Below are positions 41,889 to 50,262 of a DNA stretch of 64,000 nt, in pieces. Location of the stretch: NCBI RefSeq assembly GCF_049977265.1, contig NZ_JBMFGQ010000001.1, positions 18,556 through 82,555 on the forward strand, written 5' to 3'. Made by a program: the position numbers and the translations under genes. Positions within the stretch are counted from its first letter, which is position 1, and every line of letters starts with the position of its first letter. The stretch is from Desulfurella sp. Its GTDB lineage: Bacteria > Campylobacterota_A > Desulfurellia > Desulfurellales > Desulfurellaceae. A model generated the notes under the pieces. That model was not told the origin of the DNA. It made no database searches and was given only the letters and a program-made list of their open reading frames with translations.

Positions 41889-41942
41889 GTAACCTCCTAC
41901 AAATCCAGCTGCCATTATAAACAATAAAGACATAAAAATCAA

Positions 41943-41970
41943 ATATTAGTTTTTGACAAAGTGTTGTCAA
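41943..41970 (-). promoter_or_regulatory. putative rpmH-rnpA operon promoter
   Basis: Minus strand reads TTGACA (41970..41965), 16 nt, TAATAT (41948..41943). Confidence 0.4.
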
Positions 41971-42101
41971 TATGCTAAATATCGTTTTATGTTGTCAGTA
42001 TCGCAAAATTTTATAAGCTTGCGTGAAAAAAGTTAAAATTTAAAGGTAAAAAAAATGTCAAAAAGTATGTCAATTATTAATGACAATTGTCAAAAACTTT
42101 T

Positions 42102-42707
42102 ATGATAAGCTGGGTCAATTTGCTTGATGCAATAGGCACAATGGCATTTGCAGCCTCTGGTGCGCTTGCTGGAGTCAAAAAGCAAATGGATTTATTTGGT
42201 GTAATTGTACTAGGTCTTGTAACAGCAATTGGTGGTGGTATAGTCAGAGATGTGATTTTAAATAGCCTGCCACCATACGTGTTTGTGCATAATCTAGATA
42301 TAATAATAGCTATTTTAACATCCATAATTGTATTCATTGCTCCAAAAAGTATTGAAAAAAGACGAATATTTTTTTATTTTGATGCGCTAGGCCTTGGTGT
42401 ATTTAGTGCAATTGGTGTATCTAAAGCGATAGACTATCATATGAGTTTTATTGGTTCTATAATATTAGGTACAATAACAGCAGTATTTGGTGGCATGATA
42501 AGGGATGTATTGCAAGCAGAAATTCCTTTGGTATTAAGAAAAGAAATATATGCTTCAGCATGCATTATTGGCACATCACTTTTTTATGTTTTGCATCTGT
42601 TAAAACTCAATGTATCCATTAATTTATTTTTGTGCACAATTATAATATTTACGCTTAGAATAATTGCTTTTTCAAAAAATTGGCAATTACCACGAAAGAT
42701 GTTGTAG
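42102..42707 (+). CDS. TRIC/UPF0126-family cation channel (YadS/YicG-like, two glycine-transporter repeats)
   Basis: Two repeats with the GGG(I/M)(V/I)RD motif (AIGGGIVRDV and AVFGGMIRDV) and 6-7 TM helices. ATG 42102 is preferred over the TTG at 42087. Confidence 0.8.
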   Translation: MISWVNLLDAIGTMAFAASGALAGVKKQMDLFGVIVLGLVTAIGGGIVRDVILNSLPPYVFVHNLDIIIAILTSIIVFIAPKSIEKRRIFFYFDALGLGVFSAIGVSKAIDYHMSFIGSIILGTITAVFGGMIRDVLQAEIPLVLRKEIYASACIIGTSLFYVLHLLKLNVSINLFLCTIIIFTLRIIAFSKNWQLPRKML

Positions 42708-42708
42708 T

Positions 42709-44718
42709 TTACAATATTTTTTGTATACTTTTCAAAAGTAATTCTTGAGAACCAATGTTTGTATTATCTAGATGGGGTTTTTTGTATGTATATTTAACTA
42801 ATTCCCAGGCGGTTTTATCACTTAGATTTATATTAAGTATAGATTTTAAAAATTTTTTGGCTTTTAAATTGTGGATTTCGTATAAAATTTCAATACGTTT
42901 ATCAAAATTTCTTACCATCCAATCAGCTGTGGATATAAACATTCTTTCGTTGCCACTATCATAAAAGTACAAAATACGAGCATGCTCTAAAAACCTGCCA
43001 ATTATGCTTTTAACAGTTATATTTTCACTCATATTTTTTACTTTTGGAACTACAGAACACAAGCCTCTAACTATAAGATCAACCTTTACGCCAGCGCAAG
43101 AAGCTTCATATAGTTTGTCTGATATTTGCTTGTCATATAAAGAGTTCAGTTTGGCGGCCATGTAGCCTTTTTTGCCTTTCTTGGTATTTTTGATTTCATT
43201 ATTAATCATATCTATTATTGATTGTCTAAGTATCTTTGGTGAAATCTTTACTCGTTCCCAGTCAAATATATCAGAATATCCCATCATGTAATTGAATAAA
43301 TTAACGATCTCTTGACCAGTTGAATCGTCTTTTGTAATGTAATCGATATCCGTATAGATTAAAGCGGTTTTTTCATTATAATTACCTGTGGATATATGCG
43401 TGTAGCGCACCAACTGGTCTGATTCTTTTCTGACAACCAGCATTGTTTTTGCGTGTATTTTTAAATCTAAAAAACCGTAAGTTACAATGCAGCCGGCATT
43501 TTCCAATCGTTTTGCCCACCCTACGTTTTTTTGCTCATCAAAGCGTGCTTTAAGCTCAATTACAACACTCACATGTTTTCCGTTTTTTGCAGCTTTTTCT
43601 AATAATTCTATAATTTTTGAATCGTCATTTGTACGATAAAGCGTAATTTTTATTGATAGCACATTTCTATCATTCACAGCTTCTTCAAGAAATTTTATTA
43701 TTATTTTAAAATCGTGGTAGGGCCTAAGCAGTACTATATCGTTAGTTTTTAATATTTCAAAAAAGCTCGTTTTTTTAATGTGCTGCAGGTAATTAGGAAT
43801 AGTCGGTTTAAATGTTTCAAAATAGAGAGATTTTTTTGTTTCTAAAATATTAAAAATAAAGCTAAAATCCAGAAGTCCTTTTATTATGTATATGTCTTTT
43901 GGGTAGAGATCAAAATAATTCATCATTTTGTCGATAAAAGAATTATCAATTTCTCTGTCAATTTCTAAACGTACTACGTTGCTTTTTTTTCTTAAATCCA
44001 AATAATGCTCTATTGCTTCGAGTAAATCTTCTGATAGTTCCTGGTGTATGGGTAGATCTGCATTACGTGTTAGTCTAAACAAAAAGAATCGTTTTATATT
44101 GTAATTTGAATATACCTTGCTCAAAAACTTCTCAACAATATAATTTGTTGTGTAATAGATAGATTGTTTTTTATATTTAATTTTGAACGATTTGGGAAGC
44201 ACATTAGGTATAATCAAAATTGAATAAAACAAATCTGAATTTTTTTCCATTTCGACAAAAAAAGCCGATGTTAAGTTTTGGATAAAGGGAATTCGATTGA
44301 TATTATTTAAAGCAACAGGTGTTAGTACAGGTAAAATATCCAATAAAAAAATCTCTTCAATATGTATCAAATATTCTTTAGGGTTAATAATTACTCTTTT
44401 TGATTTTAATTGAGGTTTGAGATGATTTTCAAAAATATCGTTTCTTAACTTTACTTGCGCCGCTACTTTTTTTGCAATTTCTTCTAGTTGTTTTTGGGGT
44501 GTCATCAAAGATATGTCTGCTACATTATACCCTGCATCAATTTGGTCTTTTAACCCAGCTACTCTAACCATAAAGAATTCATCCAAATTAGACGCATGAA
44601 TGGCTATAAATTTTAATTTTTCAAGTACAGGTACATCTGGATTTCTTACTTGTTCTAGTACCCGATAATTAAAATCTAGCCAGCTAAGTTCCCTATTATT
44701 GTATAAAAAATCACTCAT
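42709..44718 (-). CDS. ppk: polyphosphate kinase 1
   Basis: 669 aa. N-terminus NRELSWLDFNYRVLEQ and two PLD-like HKD-type domains (KIHAKTMLV...). Confidence 0.95.
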   Translation of the reverse strand: MSDFLYNNRELSWLDFNYRVLEQVRNPDVPVLEKLKFIAIHASNLDEFFMVRVAGLKDQIDAGYNVADISLMTPQKQLEEIAKKVAAQVKLRNDIFENHLKPQLKSKRVIINPKEYLIHIEEIFLLDILPVLTPVALNNINRIPFIQNLTSAFFVEMEKNSDLFYSILIIPNVLPKSFKIKYKKQSIYYTTNYIVEKFLSKVYSNYNIKRFFLFRLTRNADLPIHQELSEDLLEAIEHYLDLRKKSNVVRLEIDREIDNSFIDKMMNYFDLYPKDIYIIKGLLDFSFIFNILETKKSLYFETFKPTIPNYLQHIKKTSFFEILKTNDIVLLRPYHDFKIIIKFLEEAVNDRNVLSIKITLYRTNDDSKIIELLEKAAKNGKHVSVVIELKARFDEQKNVGWAKRLENAGCIVTYGFLDLKIHAKTMLVVRKESDQLVRYTHISTGNYNEKTALIYTDIDYITKDDSTGQEIVNLFNYMMGYSDIFDWERVKISPKILRQSIIDMINNEIKNTKKGKKGYMAAKLNSLYDKQISDKLYEASCAGVKVDLIVRGLCSVVPKVKNMSENITVKSIIGRFLEHARILYFYDSGNERMFISTADWMVRNFDKRIEILYEIHNLKAKKFLKSILNINLSDKTAWELVKYTYKKPHLDNTNIGSQELLLKSIQKIL

Positions 44719-46228
44719 ATTTTAGTTTTATGTAAAGTTTTGGAGCAATCCCAAATGTTTCTAAAAAATCAGTGGATTTATTTTTAAACGTAAGCTCTTC
44801 TAAAAATGGGATTTTTAGAGCAACAGCTGTAATTTTGATTTCATTTTCATTTACTTCAATATTAATATCTTCTATGATTTGCATATGACTTGCATCAAGT
44901 GCATCTGCTATCTTTAAAAGTGAAATAATTTTTTTTAAAGATAAAATTTTTTCTATTGGTGCGCTTAACAACTCGTCCTCAGATTCTATTTTTGCTTTGT
45001 TTCTGTGAAATAATACGCTTGCAGCTACATAGTCAATTATTTCTTTATCTATACCGGGCATATTAATGGATTTTGCAATATAATAAGAGTGTCTATGGTG
45101 ATTGTTTACGCCTATGTAGTAGCCTACATCGTGCAATATGCAAGCTGCATCTAGTATTGTTTTTTCTTTAAGTGTCATTGAATGAATGCTTTTTAGTTCG
45201 GCATAAAGCCTGTTTGCAAAATGCAGCACTTTTTTGGCATGTTTTAAATCGTTGTTGTATTTTTTAGAATAGGCTAAAATTTGATTTAAAATTTTTTTGT
45301 TAATAGATTTTTCTTTAAAACTTTTTGAGTAATAATTAATTAATTGTTGGGGAAATGTAGCATTTGAGAATAGGAAGCCATCTAAATTAAGCAATTTTAG
45401 CAAAGCAGAAAAAGTATAAACAATGGGCGTTATCACGTTAGCGTCATTGAGACTTAAATTGTAGTTTTTGGATATAGCTTGAGGCTCGCTTGATTTTATA
45501 TCTTGGTAAAGCGCGATTAATGATTTGTATGAAATTTTATTGCTTTTTGGTTTGATAACTTTTACAAGCAAATTTATGGAACTACCGCAACCAATCATGT
45601 GCTTTATAGAGTCAATCGAGTTGCAATTTTGCTTTATCGTGTTCAAAATTTTGCCCAATTGTTCTTCATAAGCTTTGTACTTTATGGTATTGCTAAGATC
45701 TTTAAATAGTAAAAATTGCCTGAGAGCACCGGCGTTAAATACAGAATTAAAAATATCCACTTCACCTATCTTTATGTTAATAGATAGACTGCCGCTTGAT
45801 AAATAAGCTAAAAGCAAACCTTCTTGTGCAAATTTGTCAAAACTTTTTATATCGTTTTTAACACCTAAATATTTTACATACATTTCATGGGTTTCATCAA
45901 TAACTTCTATATCAAGTTGTGTTTTAGTTGTTATGTAATTTATAAAAAAATATTTATTTTGAGCATCCCTAACAGCACTTGTGCAGATAGCTTTGTAGTT
46001 GCCCCAGATTTTGTACTCGTCTAATTTTTGCGCATATTTTGATAATATTTGAGCCGTAACTTTTACTTTTTCTAAGCTAATATAGCCTTTTTCAAACGTA
46101 TCAAGACCAAGCGCAACAGGCGTAACAATACTTTCTAGAACTCTTTCCTTTGAGTTTTTAAACTCACTAATTTGCATGCGAATGGCGCTTGAACCAATAT
46201 TTATTATGCCAAATATACCGTTTTTCAT
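44711..46228 (-). CDS. Ppx/GppA-family protein with C-terminal HD domain; ASKHA catalytic motifs degenerate
   Basis: 505 aa, paralog of the upstream gene. HD motif CILHDVGYY...HHRHSYY is intact. However NIGSSAIRM, CTSAVRDA, IDETHEM and AYLSSGSLS replace DIGSNSIRL, GTAALRDA, ISGKEEA and IDIGGGSSE. Confidence 0.8.
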   Translation of the reverse strand: MKNGIFGIINIGSSAIRMQISEFKNSKERVLESIVTPVALGLDTFEKGYISLEKVKVTAQILSKYAQKLDEYKIWGNYKAICTSAVRDAQNKYFFINYITTKTQLDIEVIDETHEMYVKYLGVKNDIKSFDKFAQEGLLLAYLSSGSLSINIKIGEVDIFNSVFNAGALRQFLLFKDLSNTIKYKAYEEQLGKILNTIKQNCNSIDSIKHMIGCGSSINLLVKVIKPKSNKISYKSLIALYQDIKSSEPQAISKNYNLSLNDANVITPIVYTFSALLKLLNLDGFLFSNATFPQQLINYYSKSFKEKSINKKILNQILAYSKKYNNDLKHAKKVLHFANRLYAELKSIHSMTLKEKTILDAACILHDVGYYIGVNNHHRHSYYIAKSINMPGIDKEIIDYVAASVLFHRNKAKIESEDELLSAPIEKILSLKKIISLLKIADALDASHMQIIEDINIEVNENEIKITAVALKIPFLEELTFKNKSTDFLETFGIAPKLYIKLKYE

Positions 46229-47748
46229 ATAATTGAAACCTTTTTACCAGTAACTTTTTCTAAAAGATTCTTTTTTGCATTTGCTGCTTTCATTTCTAAA
46301 AAAGTATCTTCGCTTGATATAGCTACAATTTTTATATTATCCTTTTCAATACTAACCTTGATGTCTTTTACAAAGCTTCTGTGACTTCTATCAAGACCAT
46401 CTGCTATTCTTAAAATTGCAGCAAGTTTTTTTATTTTGTCCTTCTTTTTTTTTGAAAATGATTGGTAAAATTTATGCGATTTGTTTGGTAGACTGCCTCT
46501 GTGAAAATAAGAAATTGTTGCTATCATGTTTTTTTGCTTAATACTAAAGCCTGTTAGATCTGAATTTGTAATGAGATAATACGAATGCATATGGTGTTTT
46601 GAAAATGATATATATGTGCCAATATCGTGCAAAATGCAAGCTGCTTCGAGTAAAGCAAAATCTTTGTCTTGAAGAGTAAGCGTTTGTTTTAGCTGTTCAA
46701 AAAGCTTTTTGGCGAGGTTATTTACGCAAAGAGCATGTGGTTCTTCAAAGTTAAATTTATTGCCAAGCTCTATTAATCTAGAAAACTTTAAATCGCTATC
46801 TAAAGTTTGAAATGGAAATGATAGACCAATTTTATTTAATGTGTCAATTAAAAGACCTGTTCTTAAGCCACCCATAAAAGTGTAGAAGCCTTCAACGTTA
46901 TAAAAATTCATTATGCTTTCTATTACCATACAAGCAGGTAAAATTATATCTGCGCGTTTTTCTTCTACACCTTTTATTTTTTTAATATCGTCAATTTTCA
47001 TCCTACGCAATGTATTAATGAGACTTTTGACATATGATCTTGGCACATACTTTGCATATGATGTAGCTTTTTTGTTTTGTGACATATAATACATGATTGC
47101 AATATTATTTAGTGTACCGCCTGTTGCTACAATAGTGTCAATATTTATATCATCGAGATTTTGTAGCGTTTCTTCTATAAAATCTTTCATGGCATAAATA
47201 GATGATTGGGATGGCGGATCTTTTTTTAAAAATTCATGTTTTAGTCTTGTGCAACCAAGCAGCGTACTGTAAGAATCTACAAGTTCACCTTTTTGTGATA
47301 TTACAATTTCGCTACTTCCACCACCTATATCTATTGTAAGAGCATTCATGTTTTTTATGTCAAAATTATAAAGTACAGCTAAAAAATTATAATAAGCTTC
47401 TTCTTTGCCACTGATTATTTCAATATCTATGCCAAAGCGCTCTTTTGTTGTTTTAACAATTTCATATGCGTTTTGTGCATCTCTAAGCGCTGCTGTACCA
47501 ACAGCTCTTATAATTGTTGCTTTATGGTTCTGTATAAGATTATTTATTACTTCCATGTTTTTATAAAATAAATCAGCAGTTTGTCCATCAATGTAGCCTT
47601 TGGAAAATACGCAGTCGCCAAGTCTTAAAATTTCTCTATAATCCTGGATTATGCGATAGCTTTTTTCCAGACTTTGTGCAACTTGAAGCCTTATTGAGTT
47701 TGAACCAATGTCAATGATTGCTATGATAGGATAATCAGGCATGTTCAC
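46225..47748 (-). CDS. ppx: exopolyphosphatase / GppA-family phosphatase with C-terminal HD domain
   Basis: 507 aa. Canonical DIGSNSIRL, VGTAALRDAQN, ISGKEEA, IDIGGGSSE and ATGGT motifs. HD motif CILHDIGTY...HHMHSYY. Confidence 0.9.
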   Translation of the reverse strand: MNMPDYPIIAIIDIGSNSIRLQVAQSLEKSYRIIQDYREILRLGDCVFSKGYIDGQTADLFYKNMEVINNLIQNHKATIIRAVGTAALRDAQNAYEIVKTTKERFGIDIEIISGKEEAYYNFLAVLYNFDIKNMNALTIDIGGGSSEIVISQKGELVDSYSTLLGCTRLKHEFLKKDPPSQSSIYAMKDFIEETLQNLDDINIDTIVATGGTLNNIAIMYYMSQNKKATSYAKYVPRSYVKSLINTLRRMKIDDIKKIKGVEEKRADIILPACMVIESIMNFYNVEGFYTFMGGLRTGLLIDTLNKIGLSFPFQTLDSDLKFSRLIELGNKFNFEEPHALCVNNLAKKLFEQLKQTLTLQDKDFALLEAACILHDIGTYISFSKHHMHSYYLITNSDLTGFSIKQKNMIATISYFHRGSLPNKSHKFYQSFSKKKKDKIKKLAAILRIADGLDRSHRSFVKDIKVSIEKDNIKIVAISSEDTFLEMKAANAKKNLLEKVTGKKVSII

Positions 47749-48559
47749 CCCAGTTTATTTCAAAAAATCTTAAAAAAGATAATAAAAAAATAACTTTTTT
47801 TCTTTTTTGTTTTAAATTACTTTTAAAAGTTTCAATAAGTGCTTCTATTGCATTTATCGAATCCGGCAGTATTGTTTTTAGTGATTTTAGATATTCAATA
47901 TGGACACTTAAGTCTTGAACATAGCCTAGTTTATCCTGGAGTTGTCTTAGTTGAATAAGGCGTTCTTGAATTTTTTGGTTTTGAACTTGAGTTTTTTGTA
48001 GAATTTCTAAAATGTACCTGTATTTTTTGTACTCAATGCGTAATTTATGCAAATTTTTTTTAGCAGGCTTAATTTTTTTAATTTTTTTAGCTTGCGCGTT
48101 AAGTGATAAAAAAGCTATTGTTTCAAACTTAAAGTCAAAAAAAACATCTTTTCTGTAGCTTTTTTGTACAATTGTCTGGTTTATTTTTATTAAAAAATCA
48201 TCAAAACTTAGACTAAGAATATTGTAAAAATTGGATTTTTGTATACCGTATTCTTTTTCTAAATAGGTTTTTAGTTCTTTTAAATCGTTTTCGAATATGT
48301 CCAGTTGATTTATTTTTTCAATCAAAATTTGGGTATCTCTGGCTATATTTGATGATTTTAAAAAAAATTTTAGCGTATTTAATAATTGTGTGTCTGTATT
48401 TAAATACTTTTTAAAAACTAAAAAATAAGATAAAAGACGCCTTATAGCCACGCGCAAATCATGCAGGGCTTCATCTTTAGTATAAAACTCTTTAAAATTT
48501 GACTCAATCTCAGACACCTGATTGATTATGATTTCTTCAAAAACATCGTAAAATAGCAT
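47735..48559 (-). CDS. CHAD-domain protein
   Basis: 274 aa. All-helical and basic, with ALHDLRVAIRRL and LHKLRIEYKKYRY motifs characteristic of CHAD. Confidence 0.8.
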   Translation of the reverse strand: MLFYDVFEEIIINQVSEIESNFKEFYTKDEALHDLRVAIRRLLSYFLVFKKYLNTDTQLLNTLKFFLKSSNIARDTQILIEKINQLDIFENDLKELKTYLEKEYGIQKSNFYNILSLSFDDFLIKINQTIVQKSYRKDVFFDFKFETIAFLSLNAQAKKIKKIKPAKKNLHKLRIEYKKYRYILEILQKTQVQNQKIQERLIQLRQLQDKLGYVQDLSVHIEYLKSLKTILPDSINAIEALIETFKSNLKQKRKKVIFLLSFLRFFEINWGEHA

Positions 48560-48562
48560 AAT

Positions 48563-49315
48563 TTAACTATTAGGTAAAAAATTTTTTGTATACATAAAAA
48601 CTATATTTGGATCAAGATTTAATACTTTTTCGTTTTTATCTTTATAATCATTGTTGAGTAAAAAATGTTTGATCAAATTTAGACGTGCTTTGTGTTTGTC
48701 ATTTGCTTTAACAATTATCCACGGTGAGCGCGGTGTGTGGGTTCTCTCAAACATTTCATCCCTTGCTTTAGTGTAATCGTCAAAATGCTTTAAAGCAGCA
48801 TCATCTACTGGGCTTTCCTTCCATTGCTTGAGCAGATCAGTTTTTCTTGATTTTAACCTTTTTTCCTGTTCTTTTTTGTCAATATCCAGATAATACTTAA
48901 ACATCTTAATGCCTGCATTTATAAGGAGGTTTTCAAAGTATACTACATCTTCAAAAAATTGTTCGTACTCTTTTTTAGTACAAAAACCCATTACACGTTC
49001 CACTCCTGCCCTATTATACCAGCTTCTATTAAACAATACGAACTCAGACGGAGCAGGCAAATGCGGTACAAATCTCTGGAAATACCATTCTTTTGCTTCT
49101 TTATCCGTTGGTTTCGAAACTGCAAAGATACGCGTTTCTCTTGGACTCAAATGCCTTGTTATGGTTCTTATCATGCCATCTTTACCAGCAGAATCTCTAC
49201 CTTCAAGGATTATTAACACCTTCTCTTCTTTTTTTATAAGAGTGTTTTGAAATTTTACAAGTTCTACCCACAGCTTATAAAGTTCACGCTTATATTCATC
49301 TTTATCCTTTGACAT
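48563..49315 (-). CDS. ppk2: polyphosphate kinase 2 (single-domain)
   Basis: 250 aa. Walker A EGRDSAGKDG and the PPK2 lid FNRSWYNRAGVERVMGF. AGGGGG Shine-Dalgarno. Confidence 0.92.
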   Translation of the reverse strand: MSKDKDEYKRELYKLWVELVKFQNTLIKKEEKVLIILEGRDSAGKDGMIRTITRHLSPRETRIFAVSKPTDKEAKEWYFQRFVPHLPAPSEFVLFNRSWYNRAGVERVMGFCTKKEYEQFFEDVVYFENLLINAGIKMFKYYLDIDKKEQEKRLKSRKTDLLKQWKESPVDDAALKHFDDYTKARDEMFERTHTPRSPWIIVKANDKHKARLNLIKHFLLNNDYKDKNEKVLNLDPNIVFMYTKNFLPNS

Positions 49316-49588
49316 AAAATACCCCCTATGTTTGTTAAATTATACACCTCATTTGACAAAAAACAAGCCATAGTGTTTTTAAATGAATAAAAATGAAGAT
49401 TTCTATGCTATTATCAAGACTTTTATTCTAAAATTCCAAAGTGTCAACCAGACTAGCATATCAAAAAATAATTGCAAGGTACTTTTAACACACTAGATTT
49501 CTAGTAGTTAAAAAAATGTTATTATTGTGCGTAAAATACTTTAGTTATAGTTTTTTTGCAAAGTTTTTGCATTTTATATAATAATTTA

Positions 49589-49616
49589 TTGACAATCGCG
49601 TTCAAATATGTATATT
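49589..49616 (+). promoter_or_regulatory. promoter of the tRNA-Lys/Glu-hup-tRNA-Val/Asp unit
   Basis: TTGACA (49589..49594), 16 nt, TATATT (49611..49616) preceded by TG. The tRNA starts 16 nt downstream. Confidence 0.6.
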
Positions 49617-49631
49617 TAATAAAGATTTTGT

Positions 49632-49707
49632 GGGTCGTTAGCTCAGGCGGTAGAGCAGTAGCCTTTTAAGCTATTGGCCGCAGGTTCGACTCCTGCACGA
49701 CCCACCA
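49632..49707 (+). tRNA. tRNA-Lys (anticodon UUU), CCA encoded
   Basis: Hand fold. Acceptor GGGTCGT/ACGACCC, D arm GCTC-AGGCGGTA-GAGC, anticodon loop CTTTTAA, T arm GCAGG-TTCGACT-CCTGC. Confidence 0.93.
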
Positions 49708-49710
49708 AAA

Positions 49711-49787
49711 GTCCCCATCGTCTAGTTGGCCAAGGACATCGCCCTTTCACGGCGAAAACGTGGGTTCGAATCCCGCTGGGGACGCCA
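49711..49787 (+). tRNA. tRNA-Glu (anticodon UUC), CCA encoded
   Basis: Hand fold. Acceptor GTCCCCA/TGGGGAC, anticodon stem TCGCC/GGCGA with loop CTTTCAC, T loop TTCGAAT. Confidence 0.92.
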
Positions 49788-49806
49788 AGCTGATGGAGGT
49801 TTTTGT

Positions 49807-50082
49807 ATGACAAAAGCTGATTTAATTGAAAAAGTTGCTTTTGCTACTCAGTTGAAAAAAACAGATGTAAAGAAAGTAGTTGATGCTATCATTGATGAGA
49901 CTATGAGCGCAGTTTCAAAAGGTGGCAAAGTAAGCTTAACTGGTTTTGGTACATTTTATTTGAGTCAAAGGAAAGAACGCTCAGGCAGAAACCCGCGCAC
50001 GGGCGAAAAAATTACCATTAAAGGTTTTAATTTACCAGCATTTAAAGTTGGAAAAGTTTTTAAAGAACTGGCAAACAAGTAA
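49807..50082 (+). CDS. hup: HU-family nucleoid DNA-binding protein
   Basis: 91 aa. MTKADLIEKVA...GFGTFYLSQRKERSGRNPRTGEKITI...FK.GK. GGAGG lies 7 nt upstream of the ATG at 49807. The ORF-track start at 49726 lies inside tRNA-Glu. Confidence 0.95.
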   Translation: MTKADLIEKVAFATQLKKTDVKKVVDAIIDETMSAVSKGGKVSLTGFGTFYLSQRKERSGRNPRTGEKITIKGFNLPAFKVGKVFKELANK

Positions 50083-50096
50083 TTTGTTTTAAATAT

Positions 50097-50172
50097 GGGC
50101 GCATAGCTCAGCTGGAAGAGCACCTGCCTTACAAGCAGGGGGTCGTAGGTTCAAGTCCTGCTGCGCCCACCA
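50097..50172 (+). tRNA. tRNA-Val (anticodon UAC), CCA encoded
   Basis: Hand fold. Acceptor GGGCGCA/TGCGCCC, anticodon stem CCTGC/GCAGG with loop CTTACAA, T loop TTCAAGT. Confidence 0.92.
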
Positions 50173-50179
50173 TTTTCAC

Positions 50180-50256
50180 GGAGCCGTAGTTCAGCTGGTT
50201 AGAACGCTGGCCTGTCACGCCAGAGGTCGCGAGTTCGAGTCTCGTCGGCTCCGCCA
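50180..50256 (+). tRNA. tRNA-Asp (anticodon GUC), CCA encoded
   Basis: Hand fold. Acceptor GGAGCCG/CGGCTCC, anticodon stem CTGGC/GCCAG with loop CTGTCAC, T loop TTCGAGT. Confidence 0.92.
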
Positions 50257-50262
50257 TTTTTT

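Noticed and set aside
41943-42101. Canonical DnaA boxes (TTATCCACA) upstream of rpmH, upstream of dnaA (13614..13695) and in the ffh/tRNA-Leu spacer (17391..17511)
   Set aside because: I found no 9-mer with better than about 6-7 of 9 matches in any of these spacers, so no oriC call is made from sequence alone.
49383-49496. 37-codon ORF (MNKNEDFYAIIKTF...) in the 316-bp ppk2 / tRNA-Lys spacer
   Set aside because: No Shine-Dalgarno, no recognisable features, AT-rich spacer. There is insufficient evidence for a small protein.
50257-50262. T6 tract after tRNA-Asp as a true terminator separating cinA-like from the tRNA unit
   Set aside because: There is no adjacent local GC hairpin, since the T arm is 11 nt away. 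The cinA-like gene has no promoter of its own in the 6-nt gap. Partial termination cannot be excluded and is noted in the finding.
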